A DNA stretch of 41,751 bases from a virus. Lineage: Duplodnaviria; Caudoviricetes. The number at the start of each line of letters is the position of its first letter. Position 1 is the stretch's first letter. The stretch is taken from the IMG/VR virus record IMGVR_UViG_3300011335_000584, positions 1 to 41,751 of that record. One strand, 5' to 3'. Below are positions 32,190-41,751 of this stretch, piece after piece. Under the pieces are notes generated by a model. That model saw only the letters and a program-made list of their open reading frames with translations. It ran no database searches and was not told the origin of the DNA. The position numbers were made by a program, and so were the translations under genes.

Positions 32190-34534
32190 CTATCTTGCGT
32201 TACTAATTGTATAATTATTGCCAAAATACAGGCTGGAAACACTCCATCACCAGTTAAATAAACCTGTCCTTCTTGGTCATATCCATTTGGGAATGCTAAT
32301 GCTTTTGTGTTACCGCTAAACAATGTGGGCGTTTCGTCATAATCAGTATAATTGTTAATGGTTAATTCGTCCTTTGTTCCGCTTTCAGTGCCATACGATA
32401 AACCAAGTGTATTGAGTAGTTTTAGAACTATATTTTGGATTCTTTTTGTCTTGCCTTGTGCTGGTCCATCACTCCCGCCAGCTTCAACTTCCATTAACTT
32501 GATAGCCCAAACATTTCGCAAACCAATATGTATTTTTGAGCCAGATACATTATTAGCCAAAGTAACACCAATAGAACCGTCTGATAAAGTGCCAACTATA
32601 AGGTCGGGGTGAGACTTTCCATCAACCATAACTTTAACCGTTTGCCCTTTCAAATGATTCAGTCCTTTAACCGTACTTGTTGAAGCTCCATCATATGTTA
32701 AGCCACAATCAACTTGAAAAGCATTAGTTATGCCAGTTTCATCTTCGTAATATTGCGTCATATATTCAATATAACGCTTTGTCACGCTGTTTATAGTACG
32801 TTTTACAATCATAGTTAATTGGTCACTTGAGCCATTAGGCGATGGAGTGACCACAATACTTTCAACAACTGCATTACCAGAACCAAACGAACCACCTATA
32901 ATATGCCTATGCCAACCAAATACATTTTCATCAGGGTAATATGTCTGTCCTATCAACACGCCATCAGTTCTAGTTTGCCATACGGTATTGATTGGCTCTT
33001 GCTGATACGCCATAGATGTTACTTGGCTTTTAGTAATATGCTCTGCTACAAGCGTCAAATCTCGTGGTTTTAAACGGTCAAGGTCATAAGAGTAAGTCAT
33101 GTCAAAAACTTTACGCCTTGCTTTCTGGATAAATATCAATCCACTTTCCGCTAAAACTGGCTGTATAGATGCTGATTTTATGGAAGAAACAGGGTCTGGT
33201 TTAGCGTTTGAAGGTGTAATGACTTCGTTGTTAGCACTTGCACGAATAACCCATTCTTGCCCTGTTGTCCCTAGAATTAAACCTGTGGCATCCGCAGCCA
33301 TCCATTGAATAGCATTTACTTGTTTTGAAGGTAGGGTTTTTACTATACCGTTGTCATCATTAACAGTGCCGTTTGCTTCTGTTGGTGAGCATAAGAAATA
33401 ATCAACGCCATATCCTCCAGATTTTGAAGTTCCAACTTTGTCAGGGTATGTTTCTGCCCCTCCTGCACATATTCTATCTTGGAAGAAAAACGCAGCCTTA
33501 GGATAGCCTGTTGTTTCGCTCCATATGCCCAACCGCCAATTTACCGTTGCTGTTCCAGCCGAAGCATTTGCACCACTTATTGTTGCAGTAACGGAAGTTG
33601 TAGACGCTCTTGCGGTTATAGTTAGCCACGTCCAATTACTTGCAGGGTCTTTAAACCGTATAATCCTACCTACATCAGTAGTTTGGAATCCTGTATCGTT
33701 GTTAATACCTGTTATTGCAGAGGCTGTAACCGTGACGCTTCCAGAAGTTCCAGACAACGCAAACGTGGTTGTTGTTGCGTTTGTATCTAAGAACGGTCCA
33801 TCTTCATAAGCAACAGTAGCCAAACTCCAACTTGAATCACTAATGCGTGATAATGAGCGTGTTTGATAATCACTATGGAATAAATATAAAACATCTGCCG
33901 ATTGTAAATATTGTATTTTAAATATTCCATCTGAATCAAATAAATCAGCTTGTGCATAAGGGCTGGCAATTTCATAAACTTGTGCTACTGTGCCACCGCT
34001 TGTGTATGCAGTAAAGTTAGTTGAATTGATATTGTTTCCGCTCAGGTCAGTAAGTTCAAAAGTATTTGCACCCGTATTTACATTTGCAACTTTGTAAAAT
34101 AAACCGTTTATTTGGGTCATACCAGCTATACTAGCGATATAAACCTCTGAACCATTAGAAAAAGTATCAGCACCAGAATAAGTAACCACCGCAGGGTTAG
34201 CTTGCGTTATCGCTGTAATATTCTGCGATGCCAAAGTTATAGCTGAATTATCTTTTAAAAACCTAAAGTATGAATCGCCAACTTCTATTGTGTAAGCATT
34301 ATCCGATGAAGATATAAACTCTATTAATTCGGTTTGTTTACTAGAGTCTTTAATTTCTTTTATAAACTTTGTTCCGCCTCTTCTAATTGCAGCACCTTGT
34401 TTTAAAGGCAACATATTCTGGCATAGCTCTACTGTTTCGCCCCTCAATCTTTTTTCAAGGTTTATCTGCCCTCTTAAAAAAGGTGAGTATTCGCCACCAT
34501 TAAATCCTGTCTGAACCGTAGTTGCTTTTGTCAT
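32186..34534 (-). CDS. Tail tubular protein B / nozzle (gp12-like)
   Basis: FNGGE.SP...N......G...RR.GT N-terminus, QSAD, GYP....FFQDR, GWHRH; ATGA-coupled start at 34534. Confidence 0.88.
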   Translation of the reverse strand: MTKATTVQTGFNGGEYSPFLRGQINLEKRLRGETVELCQNMLPLKQGAAIRRGGTKFIKEIKDSSKQTELIEFISSSDNAYTIEVGDSYFRFLKDNSAITLASQNITAITQANPAVVTYSGADTFSNGSEVYIASIAGMTQINGLFYKVANVNTGANTFELTDLSGNNINSTNFTAYTSGGTVAQVYEIASPYAQADLFDSDGIFKIQYLQSADVLYLFHSDYQTRSLSRISDSSWSLATVAYEDGPFLDTNATTTTFALSGTSGSVTVTASAITGINNDTGFQTTDVGRIIRFKDPASNWTWLTITARASTTSVTATISGANASAGTATVNWRLGIWSETTGYPKAAFFFQDRICAGGAETYPDKVGTSKSGGYGVDYFLCSPTEANGTVNDDNGIVKTLPSKQVNAIQWMAADATGLILGTTGQEWVIRASANNEVITPSNAKPDPVSSIKSASIQPVLAESGLIFIQKARRKVFDMTYSYDLDRLKPRDLTLVAEHITKSQVTSMAYQQEPINTVWQTRTDGVLIGQTYYPDENVFGWHRHIIGGSFGSGNAVVESIVVTPSPNGSSDQLTMIVKRTINSVTKRYIEYMTQYYEDETGITNAFQVDCGLTYDGASTSTVKGLNHLKGQTVKVMVDGKSHPDLIVGTLSDGSIGVTLANNVSGSKIHIGLRNVWAIKLMEVEAGGSDGPAQGKTKRIQNIVLKLLNTLGLSYGTESGTKDELTINNYTDYDETPTLFSGNTKALAFPNGYDQEGQVYLTGDGVFPACILAIIIQLVTQDR

Positions 34535-35091
34535 AACCTTGCTAACACCCAATCATCTTCTTCTGTGTATTCTATAGGATTCTCAAGTGCGTCAATCCTC
34601 ATTGCTTCATTTAGTTTTAACTTGTAAACCTCAAATAAATCAGCTTTTTTAGTATTACTTTGTGTAATTATTTCTATAGCTTCTAACGCTAACCTTGAGC
34701 TAAACGCTTCATTAAATGATGGTGAGTATTGCTCTGTGTTAGTTATTTTAGCTATATACTGGATTTTAAGAACAGTTCCCTCATCTGTTAGGATTTTTCC
34801 GCCCTCAAATACATAAGGAGGATTTTCATATATCCTATACAGGCTTATAAAATCTGTTGGTATAGTGTAGGCGTAAGTCCAGCCCCAAGTTGGAGCATCC
34901 GCATCGGGAGCTAGACTTACTCTTTTAGTTGCAAAGTTCCAAGGAATTATCGCAAACATAGCATCACGCACAGAATCATACATACTAGCAATAACTCTTG
35001 CTGGCTTAGTATTTACGCTGTCAATATTAACAACGGCTTCCTCGCCAATAATAGATAAAGCCCTGTTACAAATCTGTGTTTTAGATGCCAT
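34531..35091 (-). CDS. Tail tubular protein A / adaptor (gp11-like)
   Basis: ICN.AL..IG...Y...R......PWNFA.KR..L...Y..P.D pattern. Confidence 0.88.
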   Translation of the reverse strand: MASKTQICNRALSIIGEEAVVNIDSVNTKPARVIASMYDSVRDAMFAIIPWNFATKRVSLAPDADAPTWGWTYAYTIPTDFISLYRIYENPPYVFEGGKILTDEGTVLKIQYIAKITNTEQYSPSFNEAFSSRLALEAIEIITQSNTKKADLFEVYKLKLNEAMRIDALENPIEYTEEDDWVLARL

Positions 35092-35093
35092 AA

Positions 35094-35594
35094 TTAACCT
35101 TTAGTGTAAAAACATTCCAAAGAAACTGTACCAGTTGCACCAGTGCCAGTAGCATTGGCAATACCGATATACATTTTTTCATAAGCTGGTCTAGCTGATA
35201 AACCGCCCCATTCCCAAAATGTTTTTTTCAACTTCGATATATTAGTTGCCGCAGCTTCCAATATAACGTCCGCCCTTGCCACCGCACCAGAACCTTGTGC
35301 GATTAGCGTAGCAAAACAATCATCATCAACCGCAGTAAATACGCTTGGTGAGCTTTCGTAAAATAAACCAATATTTGACGTGCCAGAAGTTAGGTCATCT
35401 GACGCATAAAATAATTGGAACGGAAAACCATCTGTAGGGACTTCTAAAAGTATAGTAGTATCAGCATTTGCCGTGTCTGCTATTTCAATCACTTCTGCCG
35501 CTCTGTAAACAGCACCAGCGTAAGTTTGTCCACTATTGATAGTTGCAGGAGATAAACCCCTGTTAGTAAGTGTGGCTCCTAAAAATTGTGCCAT
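35094..35594 (-). CDS. Capsid-associated (cement/decoration-like) protein
   Basis: Between capsid and tubular A genes; GGAGG RBS; beta-rich. Confidence 0.6.
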   Translation of the reverse strand: MAQFLGATLTNRGLSPATINSGQTYAGAVYRAAEVIEIADTANADTTILLEVPTDGFPFQLFYASDDLTSGTSNIGLFYESSPSVFTAVDDDCFATLIAQGSGAVARADVILEAAATNISKLKKTFWEWGGLSARPAYEKMYIGIANATGTGATGTVSLECFYTKG

Positions 35595-35607
35595 AATTTA
35601 ATCCTCC

Positions 35608-36498
35608 TTATGTTGTAGTACACTTAACTTCAATACATTTAGCTTCCTCAAGACGAGTATAGCCAATAGCTTTTTGAGCCTCGATAATATAAACTTCGCC
35701 TTTTTTACGAGGGTCACGTCTTATATCGCCTTTCATTGCTTGCCATTGAGCCGCACCCATACCAGAAGCCACCCACATAGGGCAACGCTCGTAAGAAGTG
35801 CCATCAAGTTCAAATAATTCAGATACTACAAAATTAATACCCAAAAATTGTCGAACCATACCATCAACAAGAACAGGTCTGTTATTGAAATCAGTAGATA
35901 CAACTTGCGTCAATCCTAATAGATTATCGTGTTGTTTACTTGAAATACCCATAAAAATAGGCTCGGAATCAATATCAACGCTATTTTGCCCCAATATCAA
36001 TTTACCAGCACGAAGTTTTTCAACATTCAAACCAGTAGCAGAACCGCCACCGCCCACTGTTACAGCCACAACGTTCCCTGAATCAAAGGTAGTTGAGGTT
36101 GAGCCAGTTTCGCCAGTTTGAGCCGTGCCAAAGAAAGCTGTTAACCAGTTTCTATCGCACTTACGGTTTATAGCGTTCACCTGTCCACGCACAATACCAC
36201 TTGTCGGGTCAAGATTAGTTTGAAATAAATCAATCTCATCTTTGTAAGTAGCGTGGTGGATTATTTTATAACCAGACCAACGCCCATCAAATGGAATAAC
36301 GGTTTCATCCACATCTTCCAATCTTGCTGAACGTTCACTTGCTTCAAATACACCGATTTGTGATGTCATACGGTGCAATTTTGAACCGCCTGCTGTTTCC
36401 ATCATAGAGTGTACTGAAAGTTTAGCACCCAATTCTTGCGAAAGTGTGTCTAAAGAATTTGAATACGTCTGTATTCGTAGAGCATCAACTGCTGTCAT
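35608..36498 (-). CDS. Major capsid protein
   Basis: ~300 aa after scaffold; A.NR..D, VSTDFN...LVDG....FLG.NF; start at ATG 36498 or 36510. Confidence 0.85.
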   Translation of the reverse strand: MTAVDALRIQTYSNSLDTLSQELGAKLSVHSMMETAGGSKLHRMTSQIGVFEASERSARLEDVDETVIPFDGRWSGYKIIHHATYKDEIDLFQTNLDPTSGIVRGQVNAINRKCDRNWLTAFFGTAQTGETGSTSTTFDSGNVVAVTVGGGGSATGLNVEKLRAGKLILGQNSVDIDSEPIFMGISSKQHDNLLGLTQVVSTDFNNRPVLVDGMVRQFLGINFVVSELFELDGTSYERCPMWVASGMGAAQWQAMKGDIRRDPRKKGEVYIIEAQKAIGYTRLEEAKCIEVKCTTT

Positions 36499-36537
36499 TT
36501 TTTGCCTCATTTAAAATTAATTAAAAATTTTGGCGAA

Positions 36538-36756
36538 TTAGCTTGTCCCTTTCAGGGGCTTACTCTTGGAAGGTACAGCCTTCCCATTCTGCTGTTCTTT
36601 CACATCGTCAGAGGGGGTTATCACCTTATCCTCTTCTTCGGAAGTTATATACTCTTCCCAAGTTTTCGCTACAGTAACAACCGCTTGGTCTCTAACCGCA
36701 CTATTGGTTGTTGCCGCAATTCTTATCAACTCTAGCCTAAGCTCCTGCCTGTCCAT
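36538..36756 (-). CDS. Hypothetical protein
   Basis: Co-oriented between scaffold and capsid genes. Confidence 0.65.
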   Translation of the reverse strand: MDRQELRLELIRIAATTNSAVRDQAVVTVAKTWEEYITSEEEDKVITPSDDVKEQQNGKAVPSKSKPLKGTS

Positions 36757-37546
36757 ATACTACCTTCATTAAGCGGTTGTAATTCTCGTAGTCTTTGCCT
36801 TTGCCTTGATTGTAGGTAGTCAGTCTTACTGGGTCTGCTTTAACATCTGCCATCAACTGTTTCAAATCATTCTGCCCTTGCTCTTTTGAATATCCAAAAG
36901 ATTCAGTGCGTTCTGCTTTTGGTAAGCTATGCTCTCCCATACCTTCGCCAATATTTGCCATAAATTTGATAATCTGTGCATCTCCAATAATACTTTCTAA
37001 TTTATCAAGTGCCGCATCATCTTTAACAAACGCACGATAAGCTCTTTTGCTTAATTCCAGCCTTTCTTCAAATTTATCACCCCAGTCTTTTTTGAGTGAA
37101 TCTAGCATGATTTGAGACTCTTGCAAGCTTGCCTCCTCCCTCGCCTTCATTGTATTTGTCTCATACTCATAAGCACGTTTTACAAGGTCTGCATGTTGTG
37201 ATTTTGTAAGATTCAATTCATAAGCAGTTTTAGTAAACCATTTACTCCTATCCTCATCTAGTTTCATACTTTCATCAGGTTTAAAATCATAACCTTCTAT
37301 TGTTTCAGGCTTTCCAAGACGTTTATATACATCTTCCCAACTTCCACCCTCTTCTGGAATTCTAATCAATTTATCAGCAGGAACACCTTTTAAAGCTTCT
37401 AAACCTTTATAGGATTCAAACATCTTTTGAATACCATCTTCTTTGTGCCAACCTTTCGATTCAATATATCCACGGTCTTCACCTTGATAACTATTAAACC
37501 AAGGTTGATTTTCGGTAGTTCCGTTATTAGTTACGTCTTCTGTCAT
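36737..37546 (-). CDS. Capsid scaffolding protein
   Basis: SY..LE...Y..LGKPE...Y...L...Q...LK.DWG motifs; position between portal and capsid. Confidence 0.8.
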   Translation of the reverse strand: MTEDVTNNGTTENQPWFNSYQGEDRGYIESKGWHKEDGIQKMFESYKGLEALKGVPADKLIRIPEEGGSWEDVYKRLGKPETIEGYDFKPDESMKLDEDRSKWFTKTAYELNLTKSQHADLVKRAYEYETNTMKAREEASLQESQIMLDSLKKDWGDKFEERLELSKRAYRAFVKDDAALDKLESIIGDAQIIKFMANIGEGMGEHSLPKAERTESFGYSKEQGQNDLKQLMADVKADPVRLTTYNQGKGKDYENYNRLMKVVYGQAGA

Positions 37547-37812
37547 GATTGTTCAATCTCCGTTAAAATGTCATAATTATGGTTAATATCATACAAAGCT
37601 TCATAATCTATTTTGAGTTTATGCATAATGTGAAACATCACTTCACGCCTCCCCTCTATCCTTGCTAACGCTATAGGGTCGTCAGATAAACAGCTTTCCT
37701 GCACTCGGCAGAATTTTTTTAAATCTGCAATAACTTCTTTTCCGTCTTTACTATCTAAAGCTTGCCTATAAGCTCCCTGTAGATTCCTATTAAATATATC
37801 TATTATTTTCAT
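37543..37812 (-). CDS. Small conserved head-module protein (Bbp19-like)
   Basis: GK.V..DL..FC...EGRREV..HI motif. Confidence 0.7.
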   Translation of the reverse strand: MKIIDIFNRNLQGAYRQALDSKDGKEVIADLKKFCRVQESCLSDDPIALARIEGRREVMFHIMHKLKIDYEALYDINHNYDILTEIEQS

Positions 37813-39419
37813 CGTAGCGAAGCCTCCGCTTGTGCTATATCCTTAATTGAGCCAGCAATATTAGGAGCCGCTTCTACCATTTGGCTCATTTGTTGCTGTT
37901 GTTGTTCTTGTGCAACTAAAGCCTCAACCTCTTTATCGCTTCTAAATAGCCGTGCTGGTGCGTTTCTTGCCTCACGCATGATATTTATATACTCACCAAA
38001 GTCTATTTTATGCCTTAAAGTTGGGTCAAGTTCAAAAAGCGGTACTGAATCATTGATAATTTGAGTAGCCGCAGCCGCCTCCCCTGCCCTTTGCATAATA
38101 TTTAGCGGTGCAGTGTACGAAATATCATACTTGCCCCCTGCATCTATTAGCTTTTGAGGCATCGGAGGTAGTTTATCCGCATAATTCAATATATCAATCT
38201 CACGCTCTATCATTCCCCCCAAAGCCTCCTGAACACGGCTACCACTTGGCGATAATAACTCCCCTTTTTCCTGTGCTTCCTGCAAAACTTGCGTTGCTGT
38301 CTTAGTTGGGCTGTCAATTAGTATCTGAAATAGCGTAACCATAAATATATCATTGATGATAGTGTATGATTGCTCCAACTGGTCATTGCTTACATCCATT
38401 CTTGAACCGTTTACAAACGGTTTTATTAACTGATTGCCGTTTACATCCAACGCCCCATAATTTACGCCATCAGGCTTCATATTTGGTCTTCTTAAATGTG
38501 CCTCACTTGCTGTTAATATTGGAGGTGATACAGCTAAATGCCCTGCTTTTAATGCAGTCTTACGCATTGCACATACTTGTTTAGCCTCTGGCAGTGCCAT
38601 CATAGCTAAAGAACGTGGCAATCTATCACCCGGTACTGTTATATCCCTTGCTATATGATATGGGAAAGTTCTAAAACCTCCTTCACTCAATAATTTGGTT
38701 CCCTCTAAACAAACATGGTAACTTGCATATTTAAAGCCTTTATAATTCTTTAATTCCTCTTTACGCTCTGTATTTGGCATAACACAATGAATAAAATCAA
38801 ACTTTAAGTTAGGCTCTTTATCCAATGCTTTTATTATAGCAGGAGGTAAATTATCACGCCCAAACTTCATTTCCGCTTGTCTTGCGGTTAGTTTGTATTT
38901 TCTATAATTTGTATCTATAGTGCCAAAATCATTTACCATATAACTATGTTCTGATACATGGCTGCTACGGTATCTTACCGAACCATTAGCCCCATCTTCT
39001 TCGGTTTCCATAATAAACGCACCGAAACAGGTCAAAGATATATAACATTCAAACATTTGACTAGCAAAGCGGCTTCTTGAGTCATAACGAGTTTTAAATA
39101 ACAATTTTACTACAGCGTCTAAATATTCCGATATTTCTTGGTCTTTGTCTAAAACCTCATCACCAGTTGTTAAATGATGCCAACGGCTAGAACGTGGCGT
39201 TACAACTGATTCTTTTCCAGTCGCACATTTATAAACAGCCTGTTGAGCAAGTGAGGATATAATCTTTTGCCCCCTCTTTTCTCCCTCCTGCAATCTATTT
39301 TCAAAGAAAATATCCTGCCCGGGCAACATTAGCTCGGCTATTTCTTGACAATGATTAAAATAAGTAGACGATTCAGTCCTTAACTTACTTTCAATATCTA
39401 TAATTTCTTTTGCAATCAT
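37809..39419 (-). CDS. Portal (head-tail connector, T7 gp8-like)
   Basis: 536 aa; S.F.......Y..L..FG, TAT.V....EK...L.P motifs. Confidence 0.9.
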   Translation of the reverse strand: MIAKEIIDIESKLRTESSTYFNHCQEIAELMLPGQDIFFENRLQEGEKRGQKIISSLAQQAVYKCATGKESVVTPRSSRWHHLTTGDEVLDKDQEISEYLDAVVKLLFKTRYDSRSRFASQMFECYISLTCFGAFIMETEEDGANGSVRYRSSHVSEHSYMVNDFGTIDTNYRKYKLTARQAEMKFGRDNLPPAIIKALDKEPNLKFDFIHCVMPNTERKEELKNYKGFKYASYHVCLEGTKLLSEGGFRTFPYHIARDITVPGDRLPRSLAMMALPEAKQVCAMRKTALKAGHLAVSPPILTASEAHLRRPNMKPDGVNYGALDVNGNQLIKPFVNGSRMDVSNDQLEQSYTIINDIFMVTLFQILIDSPTKTATQVLQEAQEKGELLSPSGSRVQEALGGMIEREIDILNYADKLPPMPQKLIDAGGKYDISYTAPLNIMQRAGEAAAATQIINDSVPLFELDPTLRHKIDFGEYINIMREARNAPARLFRSDKEVEALVAQEQQQQQMSQMVEAAPNIAGSIKDIAQAEASLR

Positions 39420-39421
39420 AA

Positions 39422-39658
39422 CTAACCTAATGTAGTTTTTGCGGTTGAACCTGCTTCACTGCCCTGTTTTAAAATAGTAGAAGCTCTGCCTTGCTGTTTT
39501 AAGCCTCGTTTTCTTTCCTCTTCCGCAGCTGACGCAGCGTCATCTAATGTTGGGGCTTTTAACTCCTTTGGAGGCTCTATAGCTGTAGGTTGTTGTGGCA
39601 ACACCGCAGGTTTAAGACCAACAGCTGCTTTCCATAACTTTTTTCCCACCGCACTCAT
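39422..39658 (-). CDS. Small virion protein preceding portal
   Basis: GRASTIL...KTTLG C-terminus typical of this position. Confidence 0.7.
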   Translation of the reverse strand: MSAVGKKLWKAAVGLKPAVLPQQPTAIEPPKELKAPTLDDAASAAEEERKRGLKQQGRASTILKQGSEAGSTAKTTLG

Positions 39659-39660
39659 TT

Positions 39661-41199
39661 TTAAAACTCCAGTATATTATACAAACTATCCGCAACCATT
39701 GGCATATTACCAAAATCGTAAATGGGGCTTATCTCTTCCCTTCGTCCCTCATAACCACAAGCAAAGGTTCTAAACGCATCTGCAGAATGTGAGTCGTCGT
39801 TATGTGCTGGCTCTGTGTCGCTCCAGCAACCATTCTTGTCATCCCATTTTTTCCTGTAACTATCTAAATGTGCTACACCTATCGCAGTTTTTTCTTTGTC
39901 AAACCAGCATCTTGGCAATACTGGTCTGCATTTTGTCTGTATATCATTCACTGTGCTATTTGTTCTCGGTACAATCTTAATCGGGCTTATGCCTAATCCT
40001 TCCGCCATTTGTTTACTGGTCTGTATCTCGATGCCTACTCTCCTTGTTGCCCCATCATGTGGAAAATAATGCGTTCTATAAGCATAGCCAAAACTATTTA
40101 ATAAATTAGCGTAGTATTGCCAACCTTGGCTATTTGATTCATGGTAATTAATAAACCTATACTCATTACCTACATGTTGAAAAAACCATATAGCCATTGA
40201 ATCAGAACTACCGCCCAAATCCCAAAATGTATAAACAGGCAATGAAGGCTCGTGCGGTACGCTAGTTATTTGTTTGTTCCTTCGCACAATCTCCATTTGT
40301 TTAGCATAATAAGCACCTTCTAGGCTCTGCTCAAACGATTCTTCAGGCGTTGACGGAAACTCTCGTTTCATCATATCGCCTTGTTGCTCTAGCTTCTTTG
40401 CATACCATGCACGTTGATTCTTGCTTAATTCAACGCCTGTAATACTTTCTACAGAGTTTAAATATTCTATTGCCTCTTGGCTTATGCTTATTTTTGGCAA
40501 GTCCTCATCACGCATTACATACGAGGGGTTTTTATACCATGGGAAGAAATGAAACTTAGGGTCTAAACTTGTAAGCTCTAACCCTTCTTGTTTTAGTTTC
40601 TTAGCCCTTTCGCATATTTCAAAGAACTCGCCTTGCCTTCCTTCCGCAGTTGATTCTATAAATATCTGCTGCCCTTCATGCACCGTATTTAATGCACCAG
40701 ATTTTATTTCTTTTGCCTTATCAGGATATCTAGCTGCAATCTTTCCGTATTCGGAAATATGTAGCTTTTGTAATGTGCCACCCCTTAACGAAGTTCCAAC
40801 CGTTACAGAAGAGCCGTTTAAAAACTCTAATTTCCTTGCGGTCTCAACTTTTGCAGGGCATTGAAGTTTTAGCCAATCAGGTAAAGCGTTATACGCAAAC
40901 CTTATCTTATCGTTAAATATATCTTCAGCATCTTGTTTAGTATGTGCAATAATACCGCATTTTTGGTTGTCATTCCATATCGCAGAATCTAAACAATACA
41001 TCATTATAAATGTCGAGAACCCCAATTGCCTAGCTTTAAGGATAACATTGAAATAATGTAGATTCTTGTACAAGTCTTGTTGTGCTTCATTCATCTTAAA
41101 AGTAATAGCAGAACCGTTCACGTCTCGGATGGTGTAGAGATGATTCAATCGCCAGTAGCGATTTTTACAGTTCTGCTTTTGCTTTTCTAATTCATTCAT
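39661..41199 (-). CDS. terL: Terminase large subunit
   Basis: Walker A ILKARQLGFST, LHISE Walker B, ESTAEG, nuclease WDLG..D and SH.ADAFR. Confidence 0.95.
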   Translation of the reverse strand: MNELEKQKQNCKNRYWRLNHLYTIRDVNGSAITFKMNEAQQDLYKNLHYFNVILKARQLGFSTFIMMYCLDSAIWNDNQKCGIIAHTKQDAEDIFNDKIRFAYNALPDWLKLQCPAKVETARKLEFLNGSSVTVGTSLRGGTLQKLHISEYGKIAARYPDKAKEIKSGALNTVHEGQQIFIESTAEGRQGEFFEICERAKKLKQEGLELTSLDPKFHFFPWYKNPSYVMRDEDLPKISISQEAIEYLNSVESITGVELSKNQRAWYAKKLEQQGDMMKREFPSTPEESFEQSLEGAYYAKQMEIVRRNKQITSVPHEPSLPVYTFWDLGGSSDSMAIWFFQHVGNEYRFINYHESNSQGWQYYANLLNSFGYAYRTHYFPHDGATRRVGIEIQTSKQMAEGLGISPIKIVPRTNSTVNDIQTKCRPVLPRCWFDKEKTAIGVAHLDSYRKKWDDKNGCWSDTEPAHNDDSHSADAFRTFACGYEGRREEISPIYDFGNMPMVADSLYNILEF

Positions 41200-41751
41200 T
41201 AAACAGTCGCACTAAATGGAGTTGCCTCGGTTCCTGTTTGAGCAATCAAGCCACTAACAGCAAATACGTTAGTTGCTATATCTTGAATTTCAACATATTG
41301 CCCAACTGCCGCAGTTCCTGTAGTAGTGCGGTTGAAAGTAATAGTATCAGAAGCCGCAGCCGCTAACCAACCAACCATGTTGTCAGCCCCATCAGATAAA
41401 GCTGATATAATCCCCTTCATCGTGTCAGAAGCGTTAGCAACTTTAATAATGTGGCTGTTGGATGTTGCAGTCGTTGAGATCCAAAATCTAAATATTGCAC
41501 CAGTTCCACTTGCCGCAGGTAATGTCACTGTTGAACCTGCCGCAGTATCAAGCAAAATAGTTTTTCCATCATGTGCAGCAACCGTAAGCGTTAACGCAGA
41601 ACCAGCAGCAACTAATCTTGCTGAAACGTCAGCCACTCTTGTTATTTCCACGGCAGTAGCGTCAATACCTAAAAGAGCTGATAAATCTGTCGCTCCAACC
41701 TTTGCAAACTTTTTAATTGAGCTGTCCCATCGTATCACCAAATCACCACTT
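41199..41751 (-). CDS. 3' part of junction-spanning gene (starts at 192)
   Basis: Open frame runs through the terminal overlap; TAATG-coupled to terL. Confidence 0.75.
   Translation of the reverse strand, partial: SGDLVIRWDSSIKKFAKVGATDLSALLGIDATAVEITRVADVSARLVAAGSALTLTVAAHDGKTILLDTAAGSTVTLPAASGTGAIFRFWISTTATSNSHIIKVANASDTMKGIISALSDGADNMVGWLAAAASDTITFNRTTTGTAAVGQYVEIQDIATNVFAVSGLIAQTGTEATPFSATV
41625..41751. repeat. Terminal overlap, identical to 1..127
   Basis: Exact match. Confidence 0.95.

Noticed and set aside
22836-40000. Plus-strand ORFs of 60-115 aa overlapping structural genes (and similar shadows elsewhere)
   Set aside because: Antisense shadows of long motif-bearing genes, with no recognisable motifs.
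1-41751. Stop-codon reassignment
   Set aside because: Large conserved genes are intact in the standard code, all three stops are used, and the only tRNA is not a suppressor.

Overview
The window is an apparently complete, circularly assembled ~41.6 kb AT-rich dsDNA tailed-phage genome. The first 127 nt equal the last 127 nt, giving a unit length of 41,624 bp. The minus-strand late block has podovirus (BPP-1/T7-type) gene order: terS, a gene spanning the junction, terL, portal, scaffold, major capsid, tail tubular A/B, internal virion proteins, tail fibre, an alpha/beta-hydrolase and an M15 endolysin. The rest is lambdoid-style: an initiator with internal iterons plus DnaB-like helicase, RusA-like, Rad52-type Sak, SSB-like, Lar, DUF551 paralogs and one tRNA(CAT). 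I found no integrase, CI repressor, DNA/RNA polymerase or reverse transcriptase. The most unusual content is non-coding. (1) A ~400-nt densely base-paired element lies directly upstream of a minimal GIY-YIG nuclease. (2) Intergenic RNA cassettes at 14.5-19.9 kb share 5' (AAGAAT+hairpin) and tRNA-like 3' (stem-ACTA-ATTTAA) borders but carry different structured interiors. (3) A C4-like antisense element targets the RBS of a leader peptide coupled to the replication initiator. (4) There are further promoter-linked structured RNAs and pseudoknots. Protein calls come from motifs and synteny read by eye and RNA folds from manual pairing; no searches or folding programs were run.
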